Assembly (NCBI GenBank): GCA_965287045.1
Contig: OZ336890.1
Coordinates: forward strand, 34,968,001 to 35,032,000
Reading direction: 5' to 3'
DNA: 64,000 nt
Origin: Carcharhinus amblyrhynchos
Lineage: Eukaryota
Both the position numbers and the translations under genes were made by a program. Each line of letters begins with the position of its first letter. The stretch's first letter is position 1. The notes beneath the pieces are model-generated. The model was given only the letters and a program-made list of their open reading frames with translations, searched no databases and was not told the origin of the DNA. Below, piece after piece: positions 63,451-64,000 of this stretch.

Positions 63451-63595
63451 GGGCGCGATCTTACAGTTCACTATTACTATTCACGCCATGCTCCCACTAC
63501 AACGAAGGTGGAGAATTAGGCGCCAGGCCAAATCTGCGTCCACTGCTGCAGGATGGGAAAATCATGCTGGCGTGAACGGTCAGAAAATTCCGGCC
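63451..63595. mobile_element. Short TIR element
   Basis: gggcgcgatcttac and gaaaattccggcc; interior similar to 3421-3552 and 44107-44242. Confidence 0.65.
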
Positions 63596-63668
63596 AGTGT
63601 ATTTGCCATTGTCCATATCTAGTGTTCATGTGGTTGTAAATGAAATCATAATTTGGTCGTTAATAGTG

Positions 63669-63810
63669 ATGATGTGGAGATGCTGGCGTTGGACTGGGGT
63701 AAAACAGAAAGAAATCCCACAACACCAGTTTAAAGTCCAAACAGGTTTATTTGTAGCAAAAGCCCCAAGCTTTCGGGACAGGATGTCCCTTCATCAGGTG
63801 GCTGGGAGTT
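63669..63810 (-). mobile_element. Penelope-like element terminus
   Basis: Minus strand cacctgatgaagg..gaaagctt..aataaacctg..ggactttaa..ggtgttgtg..cagtccaacgccagcatctccacatcat. Confidence 0.75.
63762..63802 (-). ncRNA. Minimal type I hammerhead ribozyme
   Basis: gccac-CUGAUGA-a-GGGACA-ucc-UGUCCC-GAAA-gc-UU-ggggc: intact core boxes, perfect 6-bp stem II, stem I with one mismatch. Confidence 0.75.
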
Positions 63811-64000
63811 AGTCAATAGTGAGTCAGTGAGGCAATCGGGAACAACACAGCTTGGATGGCACAACATCAAATTTGACGCAAAACCAGATATGCCAAGGCA
63901 TCACATTACGTTCTTTTAACAGCTTATTGCCACCAGGAAGAAATACACAGTATATTTTGCAACTGTAATAATTTCACGACCTTCAGGAATTCTTATTAGC

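Overview
Repeat-rich, non-coding vertebrate DNA, almost certainly from an elasmobranch (shark), judged from HE1/V-SINE, Deu-SINE and CR1 content. I recognise no host protein-coding exon; every long ORF comes from a retroelement or a minisatellite. The window holds about 30 copies or fragments of a tRNA-derived V-SINE with two different 3' tails (CR1-like and Rex1-like). LINE fragments come from four clades (CR1, Rex1/Babar, RTE, L2). There are two decayed Gypsy elements, a probable solo LTR, and Penelope-derived pieces, one retaining a minimal hammerhead ribozyme core. A recurring family of short terminal-inverted-repeat elements, a 33-bp minisatellite grown inside a Deu-SINE, a 2.85-kb 22-bp minisatellite and several enhancer-like unique blocks make up the rest. 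LINE orientation skew suggests a long intron of a + strand gene. I found no clear new multi-gene system; the best leads are the hammerhead, the SINE tail swap, the TIR family and a candidate 12-nt microexon. Family names come from motif recognition, not database searches, and boundaries are approximate (about 10-30 bp).
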